Source of the DNA: Lepidodermella squamata
Taxonomy: Eukaryota; Animalia; Gastrotricha
Assembly (NCBI GenBank): GCA_047495785.1
Contig: JBLDXI010000042.1
Location: 2,232,001 to 2,296,000, forward strand
Length of the DNA stretch: 64,000 bases
Direction: 5' to 3'
Positions 12,202-23,576 of this stretch are shown here, one piece after another. The notes beneath the pieces are model-generated. The model was not told the origin of the DNA, searched no databases, and worked only from the letters and a program-made list of their open reading frames with translations. Both the position numbers and the translations under genes were made by a program. Positions within the stretch are counted from its first letter, which is position 1, and every line of letters begins with the position of its first letter.

Positions 12202-12606
12202 ATGGCTAGTTCTGGAAAATTCTGCCGGCTTCTGATTTTCATCAATATTTCGCTGCTGGGTGGCCTCTTCAAAGTATCACATGGATACATGATGCTAGCC
12301 GACATGAATGAAGACGCTTTGGAAAGTCCTAATGCTGATGATGAGCAACACGAGCAGACGATTCACGATTCATCTTTTTACCCGAATCAGATGGCTCGAA
12401 CCGGCAGCATCATGGCAAGCAATGGCATGCAAATGTACAATTCTTGGCGGATGAGTAAAGGCACCAATCAGCCCATGACGTCAGCAGTCCTCGACTACAG
12501 CTCGGGTTCGAGATCGAAAGCCAAGCCGCGCTTTAACATTAAGATTACCCGCAATGAAAGCTACAAATTACTGCCCAGAGTGGCTGCTATTAAACCTAGC
12601 TTATAA
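12202..12606 (+). CDS. Small secreted protein, family B paralog 2 (134 aa)
   Basis: Signal peptide ending SHG, then YMMLADMNED. C-terminal PRFNIKITRNESYKLL. TATATAA at about 12128. Confidence 0.82.
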   Translation: MASSGKFCRLLIFINISLLGGLFKVSHGYMMLADMNEDALESPNADDEQHEQTIHDSSFYPNQMARTGSIMASNGMQMYNSWRMSKGTNQPMTSAVLDYSSGSRSKAKPRFNIKITRNESYKLLPRVAAIKPSL

Positions 12607-12874
12607 TTAATGTGTTTGATAATTTTTAGAGTACCAATTGCCACCATATTTCTTTAGCTAATGGCTTCAGAAGTAAACAGAAATGCACCTATAAATTCCA
12701 TTTTTTGTTTAATGTTTCCGATTCTTTGACACTGATTTTTAAAATCGATACCAGAAATCGATATCGGCTTTGTAAGCTGAATTCCAAGTCGTAAACTGAT
12801 CGCTGATATCGAATCGGAGGGCGCGATCCGTGATCTGTGGATTATGCTAGGATTTATAGTAAAACATATTATAT

Positions 12875-13510
12875 GGAGTGAATATTCGTAACTTTAACGA
12901 GCTTTCGTACTTCGAAGGGGTTCCAGCAGCGGATACCTAATTAAAAAATTTTTGTTCAAAATATTCTACGCATAATAAATATGGCTAGTCTGACGTATAT
13001 GTTCCAAGAGACTCATCAGAGAGCTTAGTTAAGAAAGTTAACTGGCCACGCAATCCAGCATGGATCCCCATTAACTATTCGAAACCTTCTGACTAATTTG
13101 GAACTCAAACCAATGAACGTTTTTTTACGGTGGATGAGCCAATTGAAGAATGCAGCCTGGCCTCGAATCGCCCGAGGATTTCCAGCTGAGAGATACGCAA
13201 GGATGAGGAACCCGTAGAAATGATAAATATGGCTACGTATGAAATTAAGTAAGGCTCATACTTCACTTGGTTGGAAAAAATTATCTGGCTTTATCATATT
13301 TTCTGTGGAAAAAAGCTTATTTTTAGTTTGATTTTATTAACAACTGAATCTTGAGTTTCCCGACCTTTCTGAAAGGTTCCACTTCCTTCTCCACCTGAAA
13401 ATTCATCCACAGGAATCGCTTTTCCAACCAGGTGACCATGTTGAACATTTAAAATTTTACGTAGAATATTTTGAGCAATTAATTTTCAATTGTCCGCCGC
13501 TGCTGGAATC
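12875..13510. mobile_element. MITE/foldback family 1 copy interrupted by an insertion
   Basis: Shares arms with 1188-1520 (ttccagcagcggata...aaaatattctacg; aaggctcatacttca; cccgacctttctgaaaggttccact is the reverse complement of the 1360-1390 stretch). Insert 12988-13222 lies between ataaatatggcta direct repeats. Confidence 0.7.
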
Positions 13511-13762
13511 CGAACTGTCAAGAACGCGTGTGAAAATCATGCGAAAATCAAGTGCTGAAGCCTCAAAATTAGCACTACATTAGCTAAACAGCATTACAAA
13601 TCTTCTATTTATTGGTTCCACTCGGCACTCCCATCAGCAATTAGTATTTTAATTGAACTTTCATGACTATTTTGTGTGCCGAAACTTTCCGTCTAAAAAA
13701 TCAAATAGACTATTCGTAAAATGTTCAAAATACGCAAAAGGATATTCCTTAATGCTGCCTGA

Positions 13763-13967
13763 AGGCATGTGACGTAGATGTTGACGTACGCAGGACTACC
13801 TCGATTTTTCGCCTGAAAACATCGCGAAAAAGTGGCTCATTATCATGTTCGATTTATCATTGTTTTGATGCGCAGAGGTCGGCCTCGAATTTTGAATATT
13901 TGTTTTTCCAAGCTCAGGCAAAAAATCGGAGTAGTCCTGCGTCCGTCAAGATCTACATCACATGCCT
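13763..13967. mobile_element. MITE-like element with about 50-bp terminal inverted repeats
   Basis: aggcatgtgacgtagatgttgacgtacgcaggactac...cctga pairs with tcagg...gtagtcctgcgtccgtcaagatctacatcacatgcct. Confidence 0.75.
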
Positions 13968-14541
13968 AAAATAAGTTCACGACTCTACATTCATGCCGAG
14001 AAAAATTCGTCATCATTTTCAATTTTCGGCGGTGATTTTGAACCCTTGAAATCAAGAGTTCGTCCAGAATCCCGCCCTCTGTTATTTGTAGTTTTTTCGA
14101 AGTTCCCATCAGTGCTTTATGAGCATAAGCTAGCGAAAAAATGACCTATTTCCTCAATTCATAGCTTCTTGACTACTCTAATCAATTCTAATAGACCGGC
14201 TATAAGTCATGGAGCAGTTGCGTCTCAGGACGAAAATTGGCTCTTAGACTTATTTATTTAATCATCAATGATTTCCTGTTTTCATGCGAAACGCGTTTTG
14301 AAACTGATCGGCGGCTTTATATTTTTGTGGTAAATATATTTAAAAGCCTAAACCAATCAAACTTAGTGTATTTTTATATAAATGTACCTGAGACGAAATG
14401 TGGGTGGTTTGTTATCCGTCCGTTCGATTTTTCTAATAATTTCCGTGATAGATTTTCGTATATATATTTCAAGCTTTCAAGTTCGAATTTTCTAGGATTT
14501 TTGGGTCAAGAGCTAATTCTCGGTTTTTCACAACTTTAGAA

Positions 14542-14937
14542 ATGAAGATTCAATTTTTATTGGTAATATTTTGTCTCGCAGCTATCCGATCAAGTTCAAG
14601 CTACATGATTTTAGCTGATATCAACGACGCTGCGATGCCACCGGATAGCGGCGAATCGCTGAGTCAAACCGATGACGTTGAAGAGCCGCTTAATGTGGCA
14701 CTCCGAGCTGAGCCTAATGCTAGGGCTTCAAAATTATTCGCCAGGCTACCGACGACAACGCCGAAGTCTGAATTATCGCTGAAGAAAATGTTGGAGACGG
14801 TGAGACATTTTCGACGCACGCATTCATCTGCGACAGCCAGTGGTATTCGAAGGACCCAGCCACGCTTCAACATTACCGTTACTCATCAAGAAAATTACCG
14901 ATTACTTGCCAGAGGAGTGTCGAACAAAAATAAGTGA
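14542..14937 (+). CDS. Small secreted protein, family B paralog 3 (131 aa)
   Basis: Signal peptide MKIQFLLVIFCLAAIRSSSS, then YMILADINDA. C-terminal PRFNITVTHQENYRLL matches B2. TATATATA at about 14459. Confidence 0.85.
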   Translation: MKIQFLLVIFCLAAIRSSSSYMILADINDAAMPPDSGESLSQTDDVEEPLNVALRAEPNARASKLFARLPTTTPKSELSLKKMLETVRHFRRTHSSATASGIRRTQPRFNITVTHQENYRLLARGVSNKNK

Positions 14938-16847
14938 AAAAAATAGCGAGATTCGATTAAAATTAAGAATTATGTTTCAATGTGATATTTCGAAATTAAT
15001 TTCGCTAAATTAGCTGCGATAAAATCGAAGCAATGAGCCGGTATCATTATTGTAACTTCAATAAAAATGCGCTTTGCAAAATATTTTTTTATCTTTATTA
15101 CCGTACACATTACATTTTGCAGTTGCTGGATCGGTGGCTCAATTTGGTACTTGGACGCCTTTTTCTGTCTTGCGGCTGGTAGCGCCAGCTCTCTACCGGT
15201 ATCAAATAAAAAGTATTTTTAAACTTGGCGATTTTTCAATGAGTACTGTAACGTGGTATTTTGGGGGGGGGCCGTGTTTATACGTCTGTGTTTTTTCTAG
15301 GTGAATGAAGTATTCAATTGTAATTTAAAAGACGATTAATATCTCGATTTGGTAATCTTTGACTCTCGATAATGTCAAATATCACTGAAATTGACAAAAA
15401 AATACGCACATGATTAAATTGTATGCGCTCTTTCATTAGCGCTTCTTCCCACCCGTGGAAATCAATTGAAAAATTTAGGCGGCTGACTGGTCTTCGTTGA
15501 CTGGTTAATTTTCAAGTTTCAGTGTCATTTGAAAGAAGAATCGCGAGGCTTTTATTCTCCCTGGAGGAATAGAGATGCCCTTTATCATCGCGCACTATCG
15601 TTGGACAAAGGCTGAGTGGCGCATGCCCGCATAGTTCAGCTCACGGGTCTATGAACGCGCGCACTTTTTTGTTCAAAAATTGTTTTCAAAACTTGAAAAA
15701 ATTGTTCAAACGTGCTGTTCTTTCCTCCTCTCGCGCGCGCGAGTGAGGCAGGCGACCGCCCTTGCTCAGCTGAGTAAAATATTCGGTATTAGTAACAAGC
15801 TTAGACCAGTGTTGAAGAAAAAATCATTTTCAAAGTCCGAATGTTCGACCCCGTCCACAATATGAAGGCAGCGTGAAATTAAATTTTCCCTTGATTAAAA
15901 TCTCAAATTTAGATATAAAATTTGATTGAAAGCTAATGAAAACGTGGCTCTCGGTTTTTAAATTCGACATTTCCACTGGCAAAGTGAATCTAACACAAAA
16001 TTAGGATTGTAACTAGGGTATTAATCCGAAGGCCTGTCACGAGTATTATTTATGAGACTCTCTGGACTCGTGCAACAACTCGTCAAATGGTGACAAATTT
16101 TTCGACGATTTTTCTACCCTCCGGCGCACGCGATTTTAATCGGTTAATCCGGCCCATTTGACACTCTTTATCCGGGTACACACGTCCAACGCAGGCTATT
16201 ACTCCGCAATTCCGGAATTGCGTGTGCGACCAATCGTAGCCTAATCAAGCGCGATTGCTGACGACCAAGCACCTGCCAACACTTCTCGTCATCCCGGATA
16301 ATTACCCGGACGAAGAGTCAGGTCGCTGATCGTTAATGTAGCGGGCGGATGATCCGGCTAAAGGCGGCTTATGATAGCGATTGTGACCTAATATCACGGT
16401 TACAGCATCAATGATCGCCGGATCAGAGCGAGTGCAATAAATTCAAAGTGACATCACCATTTCGCAAAGTAGCGCAACGAGTAATCGAAAATCAAGAGCC
16501 GCTATAAATCAAATCATACGTCTCCAGACAGAAAGCGGCGCCTTGGCGGCGGAAATGCTGCCGGCTATTACTCAATAAGACGCGGCGCAATTAGTGCGCG
16601 CAATTGAGCCGAAAATGACCCTGTCTACAGACGCAATTAGCGCGTCATTATGACGGTTACTTTTTACGCAGGAACCACGACGGCTGAAAACCGTGAATAC
16701 ACCAACAAAAACGAAGAGTTGTCATTCCGAATGTTTATTCGATCATTCAATTCAATAAATTTTTCAATAAAACATGTGAACAAGTGAAATATTTACAGAA
16801 CAATAATATACAATAAATCGCAAATAAATTCGAATATTTACAACAAA

Positions 16848-17408
16848 TCACGCCAGCAGAAGGCGGCGAGAAGGGAACGGTCGGTCGAAAGCGCGAGCCG
16901 AAGACGAACAAGTCGCGACGGGAGATCGTTCGATCGGTGACGAAGAGCCGGAAGAAACGCCGGACGAAGAATTCCTCGAGTAGCAAGCCGGCTTGCTGGT
17001 AACAGCCAAGCTGGTCGACTTGACAGTGATAGACTTGGCGACTCTGCAACGAACAGCGTGAACCGGTGTCGGGTTGCACGGGCGTTCGATCGTCTTGACA
17101 GGCGAAACGGCCGAAGCACGAGTCGGCGTCGGGTTGCGAGGACGAGCCGGTGCCCAAGACGGGGTGAAATCACGGCTGCGCTTCGAAGCATCGAATCGGC
17201 TACGACGGCTCGAGCGGTTAACAGCCAGCGGCTCAACGGCAACGACCGGTGCCATGAAAATGGCAAGATCGCAGTCGTCGTCGTCGTACGCCGGCTCGTT
17301 GTCGAAGGACAGATCGTCGGAAACGAACGAGGCGTTGAGAACGTCGTCGTTGTCGTAGGCGAACATAGCGCGGGTCGGAGTCGGGTTACGAGGACGGAAA
17401 GCAGCCAT
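16848..17408 (-). CDS. Orphan intronless disordered protein (186 aa) with three RP[RC]NPTP repeats
   Basis: GC-rich codon-like block with an acATGG start at 17408, a TATA/CCAAT promoter immediately upstream, AATAAA downstream (tttatt at about 16735) and an internal peptide repeat. Confidence 0.75.
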   Translation of the reverse strand: MAAFRPRNPTPTRAMFAYDNDDVLNASFVSDDLSFDNEPAYDDDDCDLAIFMAPVVAVEPLAVNRSSRRSRFDASKRSRDFTPSWAPARPRNPTPTRASAVSPVKTIERPCNPTPVHAVRCRVAKSITVKSTSLAVTSKPACYSRNSSSGVSSGSSSPIERSPVATCSSSARAFDRPFPSRRLLLA

Positions 17409-17469
17409 GTCGATGATGAAGTTAACAATCGTTATAATGAAAATCAAATGCGAATGTAAATGCGAGTTA

Positions 17470-17575
17470 GCGAGTGATGCCTAACGAGGCGTTGTGCGCG
17501 CGCTTATATAGAGCGCAACCACGGTCGCGCGCTGTGATTGGCTGGAGCGTGCGCACGCCGTGGCCTGGCCAATGA
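17470..17575 (-). promoter_or_regulatory. Core promoter: TATA box, Inr-like site and two CCAAT boxes
   Basis: TATATAAG on - at 17503-17510, an ATCACT Inr-like site about 30 nt downstream, and CCAAT at 17537-17541 (-) and 17569-17573 (+) in a CG-rich patch. Confidence 0.75.
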
Positions 17576-18924
17576 GCGCGTGTGCGCGAGGCCTCGCAGC
17601 TGCTAAGCTCCACCCCCGCGCACAGTTAGACATTTTCGCGACCTGATTAGCACCTTGTAAGATTATCGCTTATCTCTAGCGAGTCAACGAATGACAAACT
17701 AAAAATTTCGTGCGGGCAAACTATTTAGCTGAATATGAAAAAATAATCCACCTTAATACGAAAGATATGAATGTCCTCCAACGTTATCGCCCAAGTTTTC
17801 GGTTCAACGTTACTACTGAAGTAAAATAAGATACAAGACCATAAACGTCAATCAAATTGTATACATTTTCACCAGCTGTGAATGTGAACCAGTCTTGAAA
17901 TGTAGTGCCGTTTTTCTGTCGGAAATACCTCAAATGTAATTACCAGTCGAAAAGTAAAGTGTCATTTCATAGAGATCATTTGATCGGTCGAACAGTGTAG
18001 TCACTCTTTAAATTGTATCAGCTTCCGGTTGATATTTGTATCTGCTTTTCTTGCGATATTTTCCATTTTATGTTGCTTTATTTCATGTTTTTTTACTCAT
18101 TCTATTTTTCTGCGCTGGATCCAAATTGTTTCCAAACAGTTTATTCAAGTGTATCAAATAACAGGTTCCATATCACGCTTCCACGGTGACTCGAAATTAA
18201 CAGGTGCGTGTGAGTTGTCGCGTGTTCCTGCTGGTGGTCGGCGGCGTAAAGTGCGCGGCGCTGTCAAAAACTTAAGGCGGAGCGGCACACCGCGCAAGAA
18301 ACGCTCACCTCCCCCCGCCACCTGCGCGCACCGTCTCGGTCGCGCCCTTTGCCCAGGTACGCACCGCCGGTTACACGCGCCGCGCTTGTAATTAACTTTC
18401 TTGCAACGCACACTCGGCTGGCGATTGCCATCAGTTATATCACCGATTTATTGCCTTTTAATTAAGGTGGATGGTTTTCTATCAAAAAACATTGTCCACG
18501 TTGTTGGCTGGTCAATGAAGCGTAGCTGTGTAACAATAATCAATATGAGAATCAGTGTCATCGTGAAGAGTGGACATCACCTGACAACACGGTTCCGCGT
18601 CCGCAGTTTTAACCGGACGAACGCGCGCGCACGCTCATCACACCGGGACGCTGAGTGACAATAATAAAATCGTACTGAGTGCGCGCGCGCATCATTCGAA
18701 CAATAACGCGCGCGTCAATGCGCACATGGATGAGTTTAACACCCCCACTCAAGAGCTTGGCTCAGCTCAAGAGAGCGTACAACAATCAGATAGTTATAAG
18801 CTAACTTTATCACGGTGATCTTTGCGAATTCTACAACTTTTAGTTTATTGCTAAGAAAATATTCGGTTTTTTCTCCAGGAATATTATACAGAATAGAAAA
18901 TATGTCCTAAAATAAGTTCGGGAA

Positions 18925-19233
18925 TTATTTCCTTCCAGGGAAAGATCGCTTCTGATAGAAAGAATCGAAGTGTTGAGAGCGGCCGCTCAGAAAACCGGGC
19001 AAAATAAGTCCATACTGGCCGAGCAGGTACATCTTATTTAGCGTGATTTCATCGAATTGACTCAAGAATTTTGCCTCGTCATCGGTGAGTGGTCGCTTGA
19101 GATTAGCTAGGTTGTAAACTGTCTGGCTGTCATCGATCCACTGGTTGGTAAATTCGTCGCAAATCGAAACATTCACCAGGGTGACCAATAGCAAAGCGAA
19201 GGCGGCGATATTGAGAGCGGCGCAACTTTTCAT
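18925..19233 (-). CDS. Secreted prepropeptide-like protein (102 aa)
   Basis: Signal peptide, two KR sites, a GR and a terminal GRK amidation-type signal. CTATAAAA about 70 nt upstream. Confidence 0.78.
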   Translation of the reverse strand: MKSCAALNIAAFALLLVTLVNVSICDEFTNQWIDDSQTVYNLANLKRPLTDDEAKFLSQFDEITLNKMYLLGQYGLILPGFLSGRSQHFDSFYQKRSFPGRK

Positions 19234-20202
19234 TATTTTTTAACGAAAAACTAGTAATTTCAAAGGAAAATTAAGTATCCTCCTAGTCTTGGATTACACC
19301 TGTTTTATAGCGTTTTTAGCGGGCACTTAATTAAGTTAATGCGGGCAGTCGTCTGCATCGAATTGGATTACAACAATTTGATGTTTAATTAAACAAAATT
19401 GAATTTCTGCAAAACACTATCGCATTTCATAATTTTTCTGGAGAGGCGTTACTTGTCTTTTTGGCACTATCATTCACTTAAAGTGAATTGATAGCAATCA
19501 TATAGACATCAGATTAGGTGAATGTGTAGGTTTACGTCATGGCGGAAGTCACATCGTTAAAATCAACGTTCAAGGTACAGTAAAATGTGTCGAAACCGGA
19601 GTTGTCTCAACCGGACGTCTAATGCGGATGGATTTCTTTCCAGCCGTGGCATAGGGGAGGTGGTACCATCACTGAGAAGGTTCAAGAGCTGTTAAAAGCC
19701 TTGATTTCCGTCAATATGGAGCTTCAAGTTCAAGTTTCAAGAGAGCTGAAATAGGGCTTAAATATAGGAAAAATATTTAATAATAATCCCCTAAATCCCC
19801 TAAAACTCCAATTGTTAATCATTTTTTCGGAAAAGCTAAGTTCACAATTTCAAGAAACCCAGGCAAAAAGGCAAAACATGACCAAAAAGGTTCGAAATTA
19901 GAGTTTTCCCGATTTCAAATCTTAAAAGCGGAAACCATTAAAACAACTACAATCGTAAAAAGCATCGAATCAATTTATATCTCTGGCTTAAATCAGGGCT
20001 TCAAAGGTGTGAAAAATTGTTTGGGCTAAAATTGTGACAGTCCTACTTTTTGAGTGCCTCGTGTCTCAAGAGTCGATTGCCGATGTGCCGAGAATAATTC
20101 AATAATATAACACTCCTAGGAGTGAATAGAAAAATCAGAATAATACATTTATTTTTGTAAATTGGAAAATTGATATATTCGATTTTATTATTATTATTAC
20201 TA

Positions 20203-23200
20203 TCAGTATCTGTCGTAAGTCTGACGTCGAGGCAGTGTATCTTCGCTGAATCTAATCCGCTTCGCACTAGGCGATGTAGGTTCGCCGCTATCAGACCTTA
20301 CATTTAGGTACAACATTGAAATGTCACTTGAGGTACTTTCCCGTATACTCGGGTGCATTGTCACGCTTTTCTTCGGCTGCGGCTGCTGAATTACGGCCAT
20401 TATACGGCCAACATTTGTGCCGCAATCAACAGAAGCGCGGCGGTTGTAGTTGGTTATTTTCAAAATGCTAGCTAAAGCAGCAGATCGGCTGTGATTCGGC
20501 GCGCTGAAGTTGCTACTGGTCGACGATGACAGAAAGCATAGGCCGGAATCTAAGGTTTCGTCACGTATCGGTGGCGCTGTGAAGGTAATAGGCGAGGCGT
20601 ACTCCGACTCGACTCTTGCTTCTAAAAATGGACCACAAGGTGACTCGAACTCATTCTCCGATTCAATTAGCAGCGACGGAGCGGGCGGTGGGAAAATAGC
20701 CGAACTTTCCGGTGTGAAAATTCTGATGTCATCAAAGTCGCGTTTTCGCCATATTTGAATACCAGGCCTCGGTAGCGCCTCCATTAAGGTGGACATCGCC
20801 GGCGAGGGTTCGTCGGTTCTGACAAAGTCTGGCCAGTATTTCTCGGGCACGAGTTTTCGCGTGAAAAATGCAAAAATATCCAAGTTGATCTTTATTAAAC
20901 AAAATTATAAAAAGATTAAATTAAATTAAATAATTAATTAAAATAAATAAATAAATTAATAAATATAAAATTGATTAAAATAGAGTGAGGGGAAGTCATT
21001 TTTGTCTGTTTCCAGACGGATTCGGAATTTCTCTCGATTTTTTACGAATTCAAGTTCAAGGCTGAATTGTGAAACTCCCAAGGCTGTTGCCTAAGAAAGG
21101 AGCTTCCTAATTTAAGATTTTCTAGATGTCCGAGCTTCAAAATGCCAAAAATCAGGAAAATAATAGAAAATTCTCTAAATTTCCAGCATCTAAATTCAGG
21201 ATCCGCCGTGCCCCTCTTTAGTTCAAATGTGAAATTTTTGAACTGATATTCTAGCTTCAAAAAGCTTTGAAAGTTTCCCCTGACTGCAATAGGGAAAATG
21301 TCATTTTTTCACCTGTTTGAACTCGGTCCTAAACTGTTTTCCAAGCATCGTGTAGAAAAAGAAGTGGCTCGAATGATTGAGGTAGGTCATGAAACTTTCG
21401 ACAGCTCGAATGAAGAACAGATACGCCTTTCCTTCGTTGCTTTTGTTCAGCTGAGGTTCGAAGTAAGGTCCAGATACGAGTAGGACAAAGGTCGGCGTGC
21501 CTAGCACGAGGAAGGCGGCTGATGATATGTAGAGCATGTTGGTTGTAGTCCGAAGCGTCGCCATATTTTCGACCCCGCTGCCTCTTCGAATACGGCCGAT
21601 GCCTCGGTGGATTCGATCGAGAAAAGATTTGCGTTCGAACAACTTTTTCGTTATAACAATATTCCCGGCTAGCACGATGCCGAAGGGTCCGACGATGTAG
21701 AAAGCTGCGATGAGCCAGCGGTGGAAGTTAATGGCGAAATATTCGGCGTTTTTGTCGATAAATTTGCATTGGTAACGAACGGGCGCGTTCAACAAAGACG
21801 GCTGAGTCATATTTACGGCCACGCTTCGCCGAACCAGAGACGAACTTCTAGTTACACCGGGCTCATCGGGAATCCAAGAAGGCGGCGTTGTTGAAGCTCG
21901 GGATTTTAGCGTCGTCACAGGTAACAAGCCGAAACCACTAGGAGTAGTCTTTAGAGCTAGCGAAGATCTTCAAAAATAATATAATTTTTTCTATTATTCG
22001 AGCGGAAAAACAGGACTTACAAGCTCGCAGCTTCGAGGCCAACACCGACGAGGACGAAGGAATTCAATGAACCGAAAAATAGCCATATCGAAGCAATGAC
22101 TATGAAAGCCACCTTAAATTTACAGTGAGATGTCAAATGTTCAAAATTATCAAAATTTCCTTACACGTCTTCGGCAAAACTTTTGAGCGTGAAAAGGGAA
22201 AACAACCGCTATTACGCGGTCAATGGTAATGGCAGCTAAAATCTGAAATAGAATATAATTTTTTTTTATAAAAATTAGCCAGAAAAATGGTATTGTTCAA
22301 GTTGAGGTTCCGCGGCCCTGTACGAATTTGTTGGGACATGTAGGTTCCTCTCTAATCTTTGATATCAAATGATCACTTGTGAAAATGGTAACTTGAAATC
22401 GATTCAAGCTGAAGCTGGGGCTGCTCAAAATTAGCCTAAACCCTAAACTAGCTTTTCAAAGATCTGGAAGATCAAACCTTTGTGAATGCAAGGCACTTTG
22501 TTCTTGGAAAATGGGCCTAATAAATATTTGGAACTAGTAAATTCGGTTTACTAGAAGCACTGAATTTCTAGCACTAATCTTTCCAGATTTTTCGATTGTG
22601 ATCAAGATCCCGAGATTTTTTCATGTTACCTGCCTTTCGCCCACAGAAACCTTTCTTTGTTAGCTTTCAAGCCTGCCAATATCGGGAAAATCGCTGATTT
22701 GTATAATCGATAACAGAAATCGATATCAGCTCTGCAAAACTAAACTATAGCTGACTGCTGATAGCGCAAAAATACGCTTACTAGTGAGATCTATTGGTTA
22801 GGAATGTTTGTAAAAAGTTGATGGTCCAACGTGGGCTTATACTCGAAAACACCATATTTGCTGGAACCCTGAATTGAGGTTGTGAACTTCGCAAATCAAG
22901 GACGCTTTCTTACCCAGTGAGAAGCATCGAGGCAGGTGTAGTGAGCGAATCTATGAACTTTGCACATGAAATTGGAAGTTTCGCGAACGTCAAAACGCCA
23001 CACGTTCTGCATCCATTTACGCGTGACGCCGATGAACAAGTTAACCGTATCGTGGACGCATAACATTTTAAGGTAGACAGCGCTGGAACCTTGCGCGGAA
23101 ATAATAGGCCGACACAGTATGACAAACGTGAGCACGTTTCCTAGCAGGCCGATGATCAACATCGGCGGGTAGAGATATCTCTCCATCCATATGCTGATTT

Positions 23201-23576
23201 GATACACGAGGTAGGACGATATCGGATCGTCGGTAACGCGATTCGTCCGCCGAGCGAGCTTCGAAATCGCAGCCAACTCCCCGGTTAAATACCGGTTGAG
23301 TTCCGCTGGCTGCGCGACGTTTAACAGCCGCCATTCAGCTCGACTGAGATGCTCATCCGCAACTTCTCGAAGCTGGTAAGTTGAATTAACCGCCATTAAT
23401 TTATTCATGGCATCTGAAGCAGCCTCGGTTTGGTAATCATCGTCGTAGCCGTAGTAGTAACTTGAAAAATTATCGGCCGGCTTGTTCGAGCCAGGCATGT
23501 CACGCTCGACTTGGTCGGCGAAAGATCGCCAAAATATGAATAATTGAGCGGTTATATTGAGAACGTCTTCGTGCAT
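20203..23576 (-). CDS. Rhodopsin-class peptide GPCR 1 (FMRFamide/sex-peptide-receptor-like orphan group). Exons about 23576-22914, 22242-22165, 22111-22020, 21956-21313, 20889-20203
   Basis: TM1 YLYPPMLIIGLLGNVL, TM2 YLKMLCVHD, ECL1 Cys MCKVHRF, TM3 W|ILAAITIDRVIAVVFP, TM6 FLVLGTP, TM7 YLNHSSHFFFYTMLGKQFR. The ORF at 20203-20883 has no ATG at its start and splices in phase (FKQ|INLDIF) as the C-terminal tail. Confidence 0.88.
22551..22883. mobile_element. MITE family 2 copy (GPCR1 intron)
   Basis: Core atcgg.aaaatc.c.gatttgta.aatcgata...aatcgatatcagctctgc...tagcgcaaaa and end gctggaaccc, shared with the 31.8 kb and 57.2 kb copies and a partial copy at about 12741-12812. Confidence 0.7.

Noticed and set aside
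16747-17459. Multiple overlapping long ORFs on both strands
   Set aside because: These are shadow frames of one GC-rich CDS. Only the - frame from 17408 has a promoter, start context and peptide repeats.
20203-20883. 226-aa ORF as an independent gene
   Set aside because: It has a TTG start only. An AG at 20890-20891 splices in phase to GPCR1 helix 8, so it is treated as the receptor's C-terminal tail.
20895-20985. (ttaaa/ataa)n tract, plus AAT runs at about 24700 and 37220
   Set aside because: Ordinary low-complexity microsatellite-like sequence.
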